A DNA stretch of 64,000 nucleotides from assembly GCA_016618085.1 (NCBI GenBank), contig JABLTG010000011.1, forward strand, positions 1 to 64,000, given 5' to 3'. Source of the stretch: Neovahlkampfia damariscottae. Its lineage: Eukaryota. Shown here piece by piece: positions 63,616 to 64,000 of this stretch. The position numbers were made by a program, and so were the translations under genes. Numbering within the stretch: position 1 is the stretch's first letter; every line of letters begins with the position of its first letter. Under the pieces are notes generated by a model. It did no database searches, was not told the origin of the DNA, and saw only the letters and a program-made list of their open reading frames with translations.

Positions 63616-64000
63616 AAGGAAGAAGATTTGTTGGATGTGAATAAATTTTAATATCATGGTTTGTAGCTTCCATAATTTTTAATTGGTCAACTGGATTCTA
63701 AACTCGCCCTCATGAATTCAACACTTTTTCTTTTTGTTTTCTTCATTGTGTTCTCCATGAACTATGCTTACAAATCAAAAATCATCAATCAAACTGAACA
63801 AGAACAAGCTATTAAATACTGGGAATCTGAAAAATCTTGTAATCATGAAAAACACAAGAAGAGAAAACAAATATAGCTCCAGAAATATTATCAACACGGA
63901 AATATAAAGATTTTCCATACAAAAAAATGGGATTGTTATCTTATACTCTTCATCTTAAAAAAAGTCATTGCACTGGGATTGCTGTTGGTAACAACGTGAT

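Overview
AT-rich, extremely gene-dense eukaryotic DNA using the standard code, with tiny (~28-47 nt) GT-AG introns and CCAAT-box micro-promoters. A free-living protist such as a heterolobosean amoeba is my inference, not proven. From ~10.6 kb to the end the window is ordinary housekeeping genes (ataxin-2, PUF60-like, BRF-type TFIIB, ANTH adaptor, calreticulin, Prp17, ETHE1, CIPK-like kinase, MAPK, calpain-7, TFIIIC subunit 1, kinesin, uL23, LSm5, carboxypeptidase, MMAB, CstF50, selenoprotein F with UGA and SECIS, an INTS13-FYR fusion, METTL4). The first ~9.6 kb is an accessory island. Its core is a three-level nested set of cargo-carrying DNA transposons of one family, with asymmetric ~205/~290-bp ends made of 19-20-bp repeats, terminus AAGACTCC and 3-bp TSDs. 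An autonomous-looking DDE_Tnp_4 element (2669-6897, TSD TTT; F-box and HNH-like cargo) sits inside a non-autonomous Fic/AMPylase element (1061-7210, TSD AAT). That element splits the right end (~852-7293) of a third element carrying a DUF5678-like/aspartyl-protease gene. Next come virus-like small ORFs sharing an AT-only upstream motif and an LRAT pseudogene. All domain calls are by eye; no database searches were run.
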